DNA of 64,000 nt, taken from Amoebidium appalachense (Eukaryota > Protista > Ichthyosporea). Location of the stretch: assembly GCA_963693365.1 (NCBI GenBank), contig CAVNZM010000006.1:11039355-11103354 (forward strand). The letters run 5' to 3'. Shown in pieces: positions 1 through 24,030 of the stretch (positions are counted from its first letter, which is position 1; every line of letters begins with the position of its first letter). The notes beneath the pieces are model-generated. The model ran no database searches. It was not told where the DNA came from and worked only from the letters and a program-made list of their open reading frames with translations. Made by a program: the position numbers and the translations under genes.

Positions 1-668
1 TCATGTGCCATCCAAAGAAAGAGGGCAAAAGCCGGTAGACCATACCCTATATACCACATACATACCCCTAGACCACGAGAAATTTGGATCTTTCTGGCCT
101 ACTTTTTTCGAAATTCCCGAGATAGATCGCTCGGATCAAATAAGATCATCTATCCCACGATATGCTAAATATCTCTCTCCTTTCCCAAAATTTCACCTAT
201 CTTTCCGGCAACTTTCCTTTCCCGCAAGGTACCTAAATTTCCCGAGAATTTCCAGATAGATGTACATACCCTTAGACTCATGCATGCAGAGTGACAACTT
301 AAACGGATCCGCTCACACGTCACTCCACCCTCGGACAGTCGGAGGGTCGACCCAGACCCACGTCCCCTGGGTTCAACACTTTTACATACTGTTTCATACT
401 CACACGACCTGCTTGTAAGGAAGTAGGAAAAATAGCGCGGGATATTAGGAATAAAGTGCGATGTTGATGGTGCTGTGAGCTTTGCCGTGTAGCCGCGTAC
501 AGGGGTGCTTTGAGCTATCTTTGTATGCTGTATACATCGCCAGCCTGCAGTGCACCCAACTAGCCTGCACACAGTATAAGCTCTTTCTCTTTCCGCTTCA
601 AACCTCCTTGGTCTTCCCGCCGCCCGGTTCACAACCCAGTCACTCGTTGCACGCGGTAGTTCGGCAGC

Positions 669-11008
<10,340 letters not shown>

Positions 11009-12912
11009 GCCACGAATCCTGTACGTGCTGTGAACTGTTCGAGTTGTACTTGGACCAATTTTCTAAACATATAGTGTATCTTGCTGTGACTGCCTTATTG
11101 TGATGGCACAAGTAATGTTTCGATTTAAGTTAATCTGGGGTAATGTACTTTACCGGATATTGATTGCAGCCTGATTTACTGATGTATACTATATTAGAAT
11201 GTAACAGAACGGTATGATTATGGGATAATATGGAACATCGAAATGGGTATTGTATTCGCGGTACACTTATAGACATGGGGAGGGATGGAGATCATGTATC
11301 GCCTTGTGACACACAATCTGTCACAAACATGTTTAGTTTTAGGCCTGCACCAGTTACTGTACCTGCACCAGTATGTGATTTGGCGTCCCATCAAAGGGTG
11401 GGGGGAGGGGCGGGGGGGGGGGGGGAAGGATATGCTTCACATGAACAGTGTGCTCTCCAACCTGAAAGCCCAGATCTAGAGCGGGTTCCAATTAAAACCT
11501 CCGATGTACTTGTGCAAATCCGTCTCAATATCGCTTGTAGTAACCGGTGTATGTCTGTTTGCATGTGTCAGCAGCATGCCCCCGGGTCAGTGCCTGTTGG
11601 TTCATTGAAGCAGCTTAGCAGCACACATGATTTTAAATTTAAATCTGCAGGGCATGGCCAATAATTCCCCTTGAGTTGATACTATAATCGGCAGGCAGGA
11701 GGGGGGGGGGGGGGGGGGAGGGGGGAGGGCTGGGGACAGGTGTAAGGTGGGGTTAAAAAAGGGCCTCCAGCGAAAGGTATAAGTAAAAGGCGAGACCTCA
11801 ACGACACAGCTGGGGCCTATCCTCATCCGGCCCACTGCCATAGCCAGCCAGCCGATCAGCTACAGCCTGTAACAATTATAAGAGTATGTGCAGCATGGCA
11901 ACAACAGGCCAGAACTAATTATAAAACCATGACTCAAGGGATTTGCTTTTGGGGGGGGTGGGTGGGGGGGGGGGGGGGGGGGGGAGGGGGGGGGGAGGGT
12001 GTCTTCAGCACAAGCGTGTATTCTCACTGTCTTCCCCCTCCCCCGCTCGGCCCGCGGGGCCTCAGGGAAACTACTACATGCATGAACTTGGCTTTGCACA
12101 CAGCTGTACTTAGTCTGTGTGGGTGCAATTCACGACGAAGAAGTGTAACCGAAAAGTCCCACCTGGTATGTCGGGAACCAATCTTATCGGGTAGGCAATC
12201 CCATGTACTATGATAGGCTGCTATGGGTCTCCTTTCAAATTTAAAAAAGCCAATGCGGAAGTGTGACCAACCCAATTGCTTTAATTAAGTTCAATAGTAT
12301 ATAAGCATGTCAAGTTACTGCCATATATGGTATGCCTCCATGTGCCGCTCTATCCTCCTTACGAGTATAGCTTAGTAAAAGCAAATGAAAGAGGCTAGAG
12401 GAGCAGTCTACTGAGCCATATCGGCAGGCCTTTCCACATATATATAGAAAGCTGTGCCACTGTGACAGACGTCGACTCACCCACGAACGCGTATCAAGCT
12501 ATTTCTCTGATAGCACCCCGTTTCTTTATTCCCCCCCCCCTTCCCCCCTCTCCCCTTCTCCCTTCCCCAACCTAATAGCCTAAGGAGACTGTGGATCACT
12601 CTGTCCCCCCCCCCCCCCCCCCCCCCCCCCCCGGGGGCCCCCTCCTGGATTACAAATTTATAAGCACTGGTGGGTGCGTCCCCCCTCTCCTCCTCTCTCC
12701 CCCCCCCCCCCCTCCCCCCCTCCCCCTCCTCCTCCTTTTCTTTAATTTTATTTTTTTTATTTATTTTATTTTATCACGTTTTTTTCCCGGAGGGCCTTTT
12801 CCAGGCCCTCTAGGGAAACCACCGTCTACCACACAGCACCGACAGTACATTAGTTAAGGTGCTATCTATGAGTTCAGCTAAGCTAGTCCCCTCCTCCTCC
12901 GGCCTCCCCCCT

Positions 12913-12944
<32 letters not shown>

Positions 12945-13900
12945 TTCCCCCTCCCTCCTCGGCGGCTCCTTACTACACGCGCCTTGCTCCTTTCGCCCAT
13001 CTCAGCACCAACATCTTTCTTCGTTCAAATCTGATGAGCGATTCAATTGATTCGGTCACCGTTATCGTGCTCACCACGGATGCTTGTGCCATGTGTTTGA
13101 TGGTGTATATTGTGTGTGGGATGATGTGTGACTGCTGGCGTGTCACTTTGCACATGATTAGTTCATTCTCGTATGAATGTGTCCGGTTATGTGAGTGCAT
13201 GTGTGTTTGTGTGATACTAAGGTGTGCGTGTGTGCGTGTGTGCAGACATATGCATGTGCCCCTGTGTGTTCGAGTGTTGTGCGTGTGCTACCGTGCATGC
13301 ATCTAGTTGTGGATGCCTGTCTCTGCTTTGTGCCCATACATCACGGTGTGTGTCCTGTAAGATTTGTGTGTCCTTTCTATGACATGTGTGGATGCGTTTG
13401 TGTGTGTGTCACGTGATGCAAGCATGCAGCATGTGTGCACCAGATAGAGAGAGAAAGAGAGAGGGGGGGGGGGGGGGGTAACGGAAGTAAATGAGAAAGT
13501 GTGTGTGTACATGAGCCTTTAGATCGGCCTCAGGGCTGCCCTTTTCATGTATTAATGGATAGGAATGATTTCGGTGTTTACGATGAAACTTCGGGACCGT
13601 GATTTTATAAACAGCTATTTTGCTGAATAATCACATAGATGATGTTGTAGGCCGCATCGTCTACATTGAAGAATCTTAGATCCGAGTGCAGTCATGGCAT
13701 CCCCAAGGGTTTTATCCAACCCCCCCCCCCCCCCCCCAACCCCCTCTCCCCCCTTCCCCTCTTGCCCTCCGGGTGGGTAAAGTGGTCTACCCCTTTGCCC
13801 CCTTTCCCCCCCCCACCTTTCTCCCCCCCCCCTCCCCCCCTCCCCCCCCCCCCCCCACACACACACGCAGCACCAACGCCGCCGAGAGTTGGGGAATGGG

Positions 13901-13949
<49 letters not shown>

Positions 13950-14225
13950 CGGGGGACAGGGAAGTCCCACAGTGAGGGGGGGAGGGGGGGGGGGACTAAT
14001 GCAGCACCGCTTCTCTGCTGCACTTCAACCTGTGGAACTCCCCTGCCCCCCCCCCCCCCTCCCTCCCCCCCCCCCCCCCCCCCCCATCTCCCCCCTCTCC
14101 TCTCCACCGTCCCCTCGTTTAAAGCTCGAAAAACCCTTTCGGGGTATTAGGCATGACCACGTGTACGACACCAAACATCTTCGGATCCCCAGTAGCATGC
14201 ATAAAGGGCTAACCACATCTGAATC

Positions 14226-14558
14226 AGCAGAATCAACTTGCTCCGAGCAGAATTATTCATTCAACATACAGAACTATCATACAAAACGGATAATTATTCT
14301 GCAAAAGCAGAATATTCTGCTCTACGTACCATAAATTGTTCTGCTTTTGGCAGCATTACCCTCAAAAGAACATAATTATTCTGCTAGCCAAGGCAGAAAA
14401 ACTTGCTCCAAGCAGAATAATTCTGCTGTTTACAGAATCATTCTACTTTTTGAAGAATAATTCTGCTTAAAGCATAATGATTCCACTCGAAGCTGAACAA
14501 TCCTGTGCAAAGCAGAACAATCCTGATTTTCCAAAATATATCGTAGAATTATTCTGCT
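14226..14558. repeat. Array of degenerate AGCAGAAT(N)ATTCTGCT palindromes
   Basis: Perfect AGCAGAATATTCTGCT at 14306-14321 and AGCAGAATAATTCTGCT at 14411-14427, plus roughly ten more half or degenerate sites within 330 bp. Confidence 0.8.
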
Positions 14559-14853
14559 TTTTCACAATTCTTGCTAAGTTTAACTGAATGAACACACTGA
14601 AAGCAGATTAATTCGCTGGCAGCTCGCAGCAAGTTATTTCCGCTGATGTGGGTGGGGCCTTAAAGTCCCCGGGGGGTCCCCAGCCCCCCCCCCCCACTCT
14701 CAATCTGAAGCTCCCCCCTCCCTCCCCCCCCTCCTCCCCCTTCTCCCCCACTCTTTCTCTCCAGATCTCTCTCTCTCTTCTCTCTCTCTCTGGCTCTCTC
14801 GCTCGCTCGCTCCTCTCTCGCAAGGTTCACACACAAACACACACACACACACA

Positions 14854-14910
<57 letters not shown>

Positions 14911-16000
14911 CTCCCCTCCCTCCCCCCCCCCCCCCCTTCTCTCTCAGGAGATTCTTGATTTTGAAACAGGGAGAAGGGTAACGGTAACTCTGGGCAGGGG
15001 GGAGGGAGGACCAACCTCCCCCAGGCCTTTGGACGGGTGGATCCCTCCCCCCATCCCTTCGGAGAGGGGGGGGGGGGGGGGGGGGGGGGCACCCCGGTGA
15101 CCCCTCCAGCTAGCAGGGGGGGGGGGGGGGGAAGGGGGGGGGGAAGGGGGGGGGGAGGGGGGGGAGCCCACCCACCCCATAGGCTGCCATTATGTGACTA
15201 TATTAGATAACCTGATCATATGACATAACTATAACTTCTATTTTAGCAGCGGTTTACATACATTGCGAAATCGTTGAACATTCAACTGGGAGGCTAACTA
15301 ACTGATAGGAGTCCTTGATCACCTGAAGAATCAGATGACGTTATAAGCCGTACGGTAATCACTCCCCCCTCCCTCCCCCCTCCTCCCTCTCCGGCCCCTG
15401 TTCCCCTCGCCCCCCTCCCCTCCTCTCCCCACCTCATACTCGTCTCCAGTTGCCCCACCGCGCTCACACACATACACACCTTCACACGCATTCTATTTAT
15501 GCGTACCTGCACGCACATGTACCAAACACGCACCCTTGTGTATACACCAGTACGAGGTGCGCAGACTTTGACCAGCGCTGAGCACCCGACATATGCATGC
15601 AGTGCAGATACAATCACCCACACACACATACATTCCCTGCCGCACAGATACGCACACGAACGCTGCACGGTGAGCATGATAACCTTTCCTCCAATAAACC
15701 ATAGCTTAGATTGAATAGTTGAACGTTGCGCGCGCATGTTGTGTATGCTGTGTGTGCGTGCGTGCGTGCACGTTGACGTGTTGTGTGTGCGTGCGCGTGT
15801 GCAGGAACGTCCACAAGTAAATGCGCATTTACTTGGGAGGGGGTGGGAGGGGGGGGGGGGGGGGGGGAGGAGGAGGTCCTTTCTAATGTTATACAGCATA
15901 TATAGTACACGTTTTCCGCGAACAACACAAAACAGATTTTGCAAAGAACACACAGAGTATGCATCCGGCAGAAGAAGAGAGAGCACCAGCACGAAGGAGC

Positions 16001-16153
<153 letters not shown>

Positions 16154-16575
16154 ACGTGCGCGAGCGCGCGAGCACATGCGCATGTGTGTTTGTGATGTGT
16201 GTGATTGTGTGGTGGTGGTGGTGGTTGCAGGGGGGAGGGGGGAGGGGGGGGGGGGGGGGGGTAGTACGATATGCATCACTGGCCAATACGGAAGGCTCTA
16301 GCAATTCCTCCAAAAGAAAAAAAGAAAAAAGAAAAAAGTAACGATAGCAACCTTTGGTGGGTGGGAAAGAGGCCCTGAGCATAATCACACGCACTTGCTG
16401 GGGGGAGGGGTGGGGGTGGGGGGGAGCGTTTGGAGAAGGGGGGGGGGGGGGGGGGGAGGGGGGGGGGGGGGGGGACTCGGACCCACCCATCCCTGCGGCT
16501 ACCTTTGGAAGGAGTTGGGGGGACCACTGGCCCCCCTCCCCCGGTCCCCCCATTTCAAATTTAAAATCCCTTGGA

Positions 16576-16653
<78 letters not shown>

Positions 16654-17021
16654 AGCTCTTTCCACCTCTCCCCAACGCTTTCACTCTGCCTTCTCCGAGT
16701 CCCCACCTCCCTTTCTACACTTCCCCTCCCTCCCTCATTTCCTCCCTCTCTCCCAAGATCTCTATCCCTCCCTCCCTCGCTCCCAGGTGGGTTTTGTTGG
16801 CGCTCCCAGCCCACTGCTTGCATACATACATTTTGTATGCATGTCGTGCATGCGTATGCCAGCTTCAAATCCAGTGCAAGTACTCCCTGATATTGCAAAG
16901 GCCATGCAAACACGCCATCATTGAATGTAATGCCCCTCGTTCCAACTACGGTAGCAGCCTAACTTGGACGGCCTAGCCATTGCCAACGGTATATACGATT
17001 ACGTATTACTACATACATCGG

Positions 17022-17961
17022 ATGATTTCTGCGGCAGCCCTCAATCGATATCAGGCCCGGCAAGCATGCCAGCAGCGGCACCGAAGATCGCCAGCAGTGG
17101 TTGACGCTCTGGCAGACGACTGGGCCTGGCAGCTATGCATTCTGGCAGTATTTGCCCTCATGACTCTGGAGGGACTCAGGATCCCGGAGGTGTCTGGATC
17201 CACAGAATGGAAGTGTTCAAACCAGGGGGGTTGCTCAGGCCTAATTATGTCGATCCAGGTGCGCAGGCTGTAGTAGGCACGAAGACCAAATGTCCAAAAA
17301 GGCTATTCACCATGAAACCTGTACAGGTGCCTGAAAAATAGGCTGTGTCGTTCAGGGCCTTGGATGAAGTTGTCCGAGGCCTTCTACTTGTACATGGAGT
17401 GCTATACAGGAGGCCTTGAGTTGTCAGCCCACGACCTGTGCACTTGGCCTCATATCCACAGGCTAACCGCCGGCACTGGAGTGATGCCGTGTTCACAAGA
17501 TTGGCCCGCTTACCTAGATAAAAAAAAGTCATGTTTCAAACAGTCGCAGGAAGAACTTATTGGGTTATATGGCCCATGCCCATCCATTCAATAGTGACAT
17601 GGTTAGTACACGTATAATGAAATATAAATGTGTGTGTGTGTTGGTGTTGCGAGCCACCGTGGCAGGGGGAAAATTCATGATCTTGAGAGAGCTCATTGAG
17701 CCTCATTCCTTCCTTGAATGATTCACATGAGCCCACCAATCATAAATGGCCCAGTGTGACAGAAGAGATTCAAGAGAAGATCGGCATCGGCATGCATTCC
17801 ATTCTTGGTCGCCATCCATAAAACGACCCAATCACATCACAGCACTTGCCACTGCGAGGGCTTTGCCACGTGATGCCACGGTGATGGCATGGCACCGGGC
17901 ACACACTTTCAAACGGTCGCTAACTGTCTATTTTGTAGAGCTTTATTCATCAAGACTTTAA
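17022..17961 (+). pseudogene. Probable decayed tyrosine recombinase (mobile-element relic)
   Basis: Colinear motif-like pieces in different frames: LAVFALMTLEGLRIPEV (GLRxxE at 17172-17192), VVGTKTK (Lys at 17282), LSEAFYLYM, and RPNHITAL...RAHTFKRSLTVY. Frameshifts and stops lie between them. Confidence 0.42.
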
Positions 17962-20101
17962 GGTAATTTTTATCACTAAATTAACACCGGTCCCGTCACT
18001 CTCTGAGTCCCTGAGTTTCCGTCACCATGCATGCCTCGGGACGTCCAAGGCCGTGCCCATGGTGGCCAGTGGCCACCAGTGGGGTCTGCTCTGGGCGCAA
18101 CTGGTCGCAACTTGCAATCCGACAGGGGCCGGGCAGCGATGCCATAGGTTTCACATCAGGCCCATAAATCACCGTATGTAGGCGAAAGCAACTTGGTGGA
18201 ATGTACATATACGGCCTGCTGTTATCAGCTTGGCAGCTTCGGGTTCAACGGCGGTCGGCGAGTTGACTCCTTCTGAAGACACAGTGTACATGTAGCCCAG
18301 ACCGTGTTATCATGATGCCTATGTTGTGTATAATACGACAGCTCCGGTACCTTCGTTCAATCTTTTTAAATCTGTTAGGTAGGACAACTCTATGCAAGTA
18401 CAAAATAACGACCATAGCCAGGGGCAGTGACCACCAGCCATGGTCGTTGTCGACACTTCCTTCTCAGTAAATAGAAGAATAATTCATGGCAAACTTTACT
18501 CTGCTATTGGTTTACACTGTGCCCACACAGCAGAAAAACGACCAATCGTCGAAGAACTGGCTCAGCTGGGATCTGGTCAGGCCATAAGTTCTTGTTACTG
18601 ATATGAGAATCTGCATTTCTATTTTGCGGGCATAGGGTGACACAGACCGAACAGAAAAGATGATAATATATTAGGCTTGAAAAGATCAAGCCCAAGGCTT
18701 TCGGTGCAGAATCTATATATCTGTTTATTGTCGCATGTCCCACCCTGCAGGTAAGGCGGTGTGCGCGTTACTCCGTCACGGTAGTGCATGTGCATGCGCG
18801 GCAGCGTACCGGAGCCATGCTGTTGACGCCGTGATACGCACATCCGATGATCATGATCATTCGACCAAACATTTGGATATTGAAGCCTACGTTACAATCA
18901 TGTGTGTATTTTAAATTAGAATACTGCTGTTATTATAGTGATTTTTTCCCTAAATAATTTTGTTTGCAATTTACATGCTTTGTGTTTTCAATGCCGGCCA
19001 CGTTTGTAGATCGCTTTTATTTGGAGGTCACGTTGGGGCACGTCAGAAATCGACGGAACTTCGAAGTTCCAGGTCGGTGCCAGCATATGTTTTGATTGGT
19101 CCGCGCAGATCCACAATGCCCAATACCACTGAGAGTGAGCCGCCAAAATAATGACCCCCGTGACTCTGAAATTTTCGGTGGAGTGATCTAGGGAAATTCA
19201 TATTACATCGTCTTTGAAAACAAAGACTTGACAAAAACAAATGAAAATTTTAGTTGCTACATTTGATATATATAGAATAGCATAGGCAAATACACGGTGT
19301 CGAATAATAATGGTATTGTCGGACAAGTAATTGTTGAGTGTCTTATGAGCCACTCTATTTCACATGTAACGTGCTCGAATTTCTCAGCCTCCTTCTTACA
19401 GCGTATCGATTCCCCATATGCATGGCCCATTCACCCCACCTGGAGCCTCAGAATCTCAGATCTGGTATTCTGAGTCTGAAGATAACGCCGCTCGCTTTCG
19501 AATAATAAAACAATCATTTAAGGGAGCGAGAAAAAGAGGTTTGATATCTGCCTGCGACCTGTATATAGAGAGCTTCTCGTCCCGAATGGTCGTGATCAAC
19601 TCTACACACTTGAAATCGGATCTCCTTAGCCCTCCTGGCCTGCAGCAGCTGCAGCGCTGCATGTAGCCCTGGCCGGGCCGCGGGCCTCGGAGCCTCCGGA
19701 GCCGACTCGGCCATTGAGTGGCTCGACCCATCCCTGATTATGCACACATGCAGTTTTGAGCACTTCAGGTTGTAGCAAACAGCAAATGCATGTATAAAAG
19801 ATGTGCACTGTGTGCATGGCACATCAGTGACATCACTCCGTTGGGCGCTCAAGTTGGCTCCGTCACTCAAGGGCTCGGGAAGCCTCTCGGAGCATATATG
19901 AACTTTCTTCCAATTACATCACAAAATAGTTAAACGGTTGCAGCATTACGTGATAGTTCACGAATAGTTAAGTTGAAACCACTGAAAGCCAATCATAAAC
20001 ATTATTGCATAGTCTTTGCTAGTTAACTGTCCAATGATACCTTGATAAAGCTGCAGGCCATAACCGGACATACCAGCATGGTCAGTTGTTCTGCGTCAAG
20101 G

Positions 20102-20108
20102 TATAAAA
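20102..20108 (+). promoter_or_regulatory. TATA box
   Basis: TATAAAA begins 64 bp upstream of the zinc-finger ATG; a CCAAT lies at about 19989 and another at about 20031. Confidence 0.6.
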
Positions 20109-20165
20109 GCAGAAAGCTGCAAGCTCACTGTGACATTTTCAAGTTGCAAACCAGAACACGCAGAC

Positions 20166-20855
20166 ATGGCACTTAGCGAAGATATTCAGTCTGCAGCCAA
20201 GGCCCGCCTGCACGAGCAGGGGGCCATGGCCATGGTACAGTTTCTTCTCACAGCCCCAGCCCCCGCGGACGAGGGCTCTTCCACCCAGCGCCCGCGGCGG
20301 CGCCGTACGTTTTCTGAACTCGAGCGCGACCATGTGTGCCCGCACGTAAGCTGCAGTCGCTGCTATGCCAGCAAGCACGCGCTGCAGCAGCACATACGCC
20401 TCAAGCACCAGTCGCCCTGCGCAAAGGCTGCGGCCAAGCGCAGCTCGTCTTCATCCTCGTCAGCACGAAACTCGCCCGCGCTGCCCCGCAGCGTCGAGCT
20501 GGCCCAACGTGCCCTCTACAGCCCTCGGCCCCGTGCCATGAGCTCCCCCCTCACCTTCTCAAACTGCGCTACCCCCGAGCTCTACGGGGTTCACCACAGC
20601 CCTCTGACTTACAGCAGCTGCGATTCCACCCCGGTGCAGAGCGCTTGTAGCGACGTAGAGCTTCTGGGCGGTTCGATGGACAGTGCGCTGGAGGCTGCGT
20701 GCCTGGGTGGGTCCATGGACTTTGGCTTCCTCAATGCTTGGGCCGGGCCTTGCGACCAGATCGACCCCAGCCTGCTCTCTCTGCTGGCCGGTGAGCCGCA
20801 GTCACATATGAGCGACATACACGAACTCATGGCCCAGCTTGCCACGGACATGTAA
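20166..20855 (+). CDS. Single C2H2 zinc-finger transcription factor, Con7-like, 229 aa, intronless
   Basis: ATG in ACATGG context and a GC-rich open frame. RPRRRRTFSELERDHVCPHVSCSRCYASKHALQQHIRLKH is a basic patch plus C-x4-C-x12-H-x4-H, resembling the fungal Con7 motif RPRRRxEEIERxYxC. The C-terminus is acidic and Ser-rich; AATAAA occurs near 21043. Confidence 0.88.
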   Translation: MALSEDIQSAAKARLHEQGAMAMVQFLLTAPAPADEGSSTQRPRRRRTFSELERDHVCPHVSCSRCYASKHALQQHIRLKHQSPCAKAAAKRSSSSSSSARNSPALPRSVELAQRALYSPRPRAMSSPLTFSNCATPELYGVHHSPLTYSSCDSTPVQSACSDVELLGGSMDSALEAACLGGSMDFGFLNAWAGPCDQIDPSLLSLLAGEPQSHMSDIHELMAQLATDM

Positions 20856-21440
20856 GCACGTGCACATAGAGGTATAATTATAACTCCAGTCGAACGTAGA
20901 ATGTATGGTACCACCACTCCGAATGTAACATAGACGAAACCTATCCCAAGATAGGCTCCTGTTGAGCCACTCTGTACAGCACGTAATTGTAGCAATTTCG
21001 AATTTAGTGTCATAGCTCCGGCCTCTGGCCTGGGTAGTAAATAATAAATAAATGCCGCAAGGCCCCTGAGTTATCACGTACACCTGCCTGTCTATGGTGC
21101 CTGACTATGCCCCTTGCCGGTCCCCGCGAGTCGTTCTCTGATTACTGATGGATGCTGTGGAACTGCAAGTTGAAATGAAGCCATGACTTTGGTGGTTGAA
21201 TATACAGCTCGTACCGATCCAATAGATAGCTGTAAACCACAAGCTCTCAAAACTGCCCCCCCCCCCCCCCCCCCCCCCCACAGGCTTTTCGAAGAACTTG
21301 TTTGCTTTAGCGCTACTGCCCCCTGTTTCTTTGTTCACACCAGTCTTCCATGCATCACCTATTCAACCCGAGTGGACTGAGTAGACCTACATTCTGTCAA
21401 AACGTTGCTCGCTTATAATCTTATAAGCATCATCTGGCCA

Positions 21441-21702
21441 ATGCACGCGTTGTTTTTCTTCCATTCCATTGCACTTATTCATACATGTTTTTCTTGCTTT
21501 CTATCGCACTCATCGCTACTTTGCCCACGGCACGCGTTGTTTTTCTTCCCTTCCATTGCACTCATCATTAACTTGCCCATTCACACCTGGTTTTTCTTCC
21601 ATTCTACTGCACTCAGCGCTACTGTGCCCATGCATGCGTTGTTTTTCTTCCGTTCCATCGCACACATCGCTACTTGGCCAAAGCACGTGTTGTTTTTCTT
21701 GC
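21441..21702. repeat. 51-bp minisatellite, about 5.5 copies
   Basis: The GTTTTTCTT anchor recurs at 21452, 21487, 21539, 21590, 21641 and 21692. Approximate unit: gcacgcgttgtttttcttccattccattgcactcatcgctacttggcccat. Confidence 0.85.
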
Positions 21703-23575
21703 ATGACCATTTGCACTCAGCTGAAGATTCCCCCCCCCCCCCCCCCCCCCCCCCTCCCCCCCCCCCCCCCCCCTGCCCTTCCCCTTCCTCCCCAGCTACC
21801 TCTGAAATCTGCGAATCTTGAGGGGGTTCTGTTTTTCCTCCCCTACTTTTTCCCTTTTATTTAGTACTTATGTATTTCAATAAAATAGAATATCTGACCG
21901 AGTTAGCCCGGAATGTTGAACCCTCTTGTTCACTTTATATATATATATCATTAGACCGTGTAAACCTTCAGTTTATCTATTATGATTATTTGACTTTTTC
22001 CCCCTGCAATTTTATCTCCTTCACCCACAAATGGTGTGAGAGATACGTATTCCGCATTTGCGCGTACAACCCCACCGGCACGACCTTAGTATGGGGATGG
22101 ATGGATTTAGATCTGAAGAAAGTTTTCTTTTCACTTACGGGTAATTTTTGGCGTTTTCCGGGGGGGCCTAGATAGCATCACATAATGCACGATACAGTTA
22201 GAATCGGTAGTAGATGTTAGGTGGACACTTGTATAAAGACATAGTGGATGGCCAAGTGCACTTTGTGTTAGCCTGCTGCGATCCCAATTAATTTTTAATT
22301 TTAGTTGCTCGGATACATGTAACAGGGCCATGAGGGTTGTTATATCTGGTCTCCTAACGAGCTCGTACTCACCCTAGATGCCCTTGCTTCCCCTCGCAGC
22401 TATGTAGAATCACAGCCAATAAACCGTAAATACGTGTGACAGACAAGGAGGGAAGGGGGGGGGGGGGGAGGGGGAGGGGGGGGGGCAAGGACGATCACTG
22501 TTGGGGAGGTTACGAAGCTTGTGCGAAACGTGGCTGTGTGTTTTATGAGTTGGTCTGGGGTATGACCAGGGTTGCATTGCAGCCACTAAGTGTGAGATAG
22601 CACAGCAGAGTGGATGCACTGGGTTGTGAGGTTGAACCAATCAGTGTGTTACACACATAATGTGCGTGACCCCGACAAAAATCCCCCTCCCCCCCCCCCC
22701 TCCCCCCTTCTCCCCCGTTGTTTTCTCAAAGTTTATGCCGGGGGGTGAGGGAGGGGGGAGAAGGGGTGGGGGGTATTGGTAGGAACAGAACCAAGTGGAG
22801 CGGACGTTTTTGGGCAAAGGAAAAAATCTAATGGAAAAACCAGGGAATACCTTGGACGGGGACGAGAGGGAGAGGCCTTTTTTTTCTTTTTTCTTTCTTT
22901 GTTTGCTTTGGATTGTGGGGGGGGGAAGGGGAGGGTATTGAGGGGGACGGGAGGGCCCGGGAGGCCCGGGAGGTATTGAGGGAGGTATTGAGGGGGACGT
23001 GTTGGTGTGGCTGGACCGCTAGATGGCATACGGCATGCTGATGTCTGCAGAGGAGGGGGGGAAGGGGGATGCATGTCTGTCTATGTGTGTTTTTGTGTGT
23101 GTGTGAGGTGGGGTGAGGGGAAAGGGAGAGGCTCAGTTTTGAGTTCTTTTTTCTTTTCTTTCTTTTTGGTTCGTGTTTCTGCCCCGTTGGTGTGGATGCT
23201 GGTGGATATGTCATTGAGATAGCAGTCTTCCTTCATGTGGTGGCGGGAATGGACTGATGGGCCGCCTCGGGGGGGAGGGGGGGGGAAGGGGCGATGGAAA
23301 AGAGGCCCTCGGAAGGAGGTTGGGCTGGAGGGCTTGGGAGGGGAATACATAGCACTACAACCTTCTGAGCTAACAGAATACACTGATTGGCTACACTGCG
23401 GAGCAGCTAATACTGTGTGTGTATGTGTACGCGTGTGTGTGTGCGTGTGCCTGCGTACGTAAGTGCGTGCGTGTGTGTGCGTGCGTGCGCGAGCGAGCGT
23501 CCGCGTGAGTGAGTGAGTGAGTGAGTGTGTGTGTGCGCGTGAGTGAGTGAGTGAGTGTGAGAGAGAGAGAGGAGA

Positions 23576-23664
<89 letters not shown>

Positions 23665-23998
23665 ACGGTGCGGAGGGTAGGGGGAGTTCATGTTAAGAAT
23701 AGGGCTGCCCGGGTCGTACAATGACTTCTCCGGGGCAAGGCTGGGGCCTGGCACCATTGAATGTTGGTTGCACCTGGTTGGATAGCCAAGCGGGTGCAGT
23801 GATTGGAGGTACCACTTGCCGGTATTGCCATGTTTGGGCATAAGGTATCGACAGTGCAATGGCTGTCTCATGTGATTGGCTCGAATACCACTTGACCGCC
23901 CATTATGGCAACTAAATTTCATCTGGAAAACCGTATTAGTGCCGTGTCAGGCCAAGGGAAGGAGGGAGGGAGGGGGTGGCGGGTGGTGGGTGGCTGGG

Positions 23999-24030
<32 letters not shown>

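Noticed and set aside
14226-14558. Palindromic repeat array as a CRISPR array
   Set aside because: The repeats are short, degenerate and irregularly spaced; the context is eukaryotic and no cas genes are present.
19418-19870. Overlapping ORFs upstream of the zinc-finger gene
   Set aside because: No identifiable domain or splice structure.
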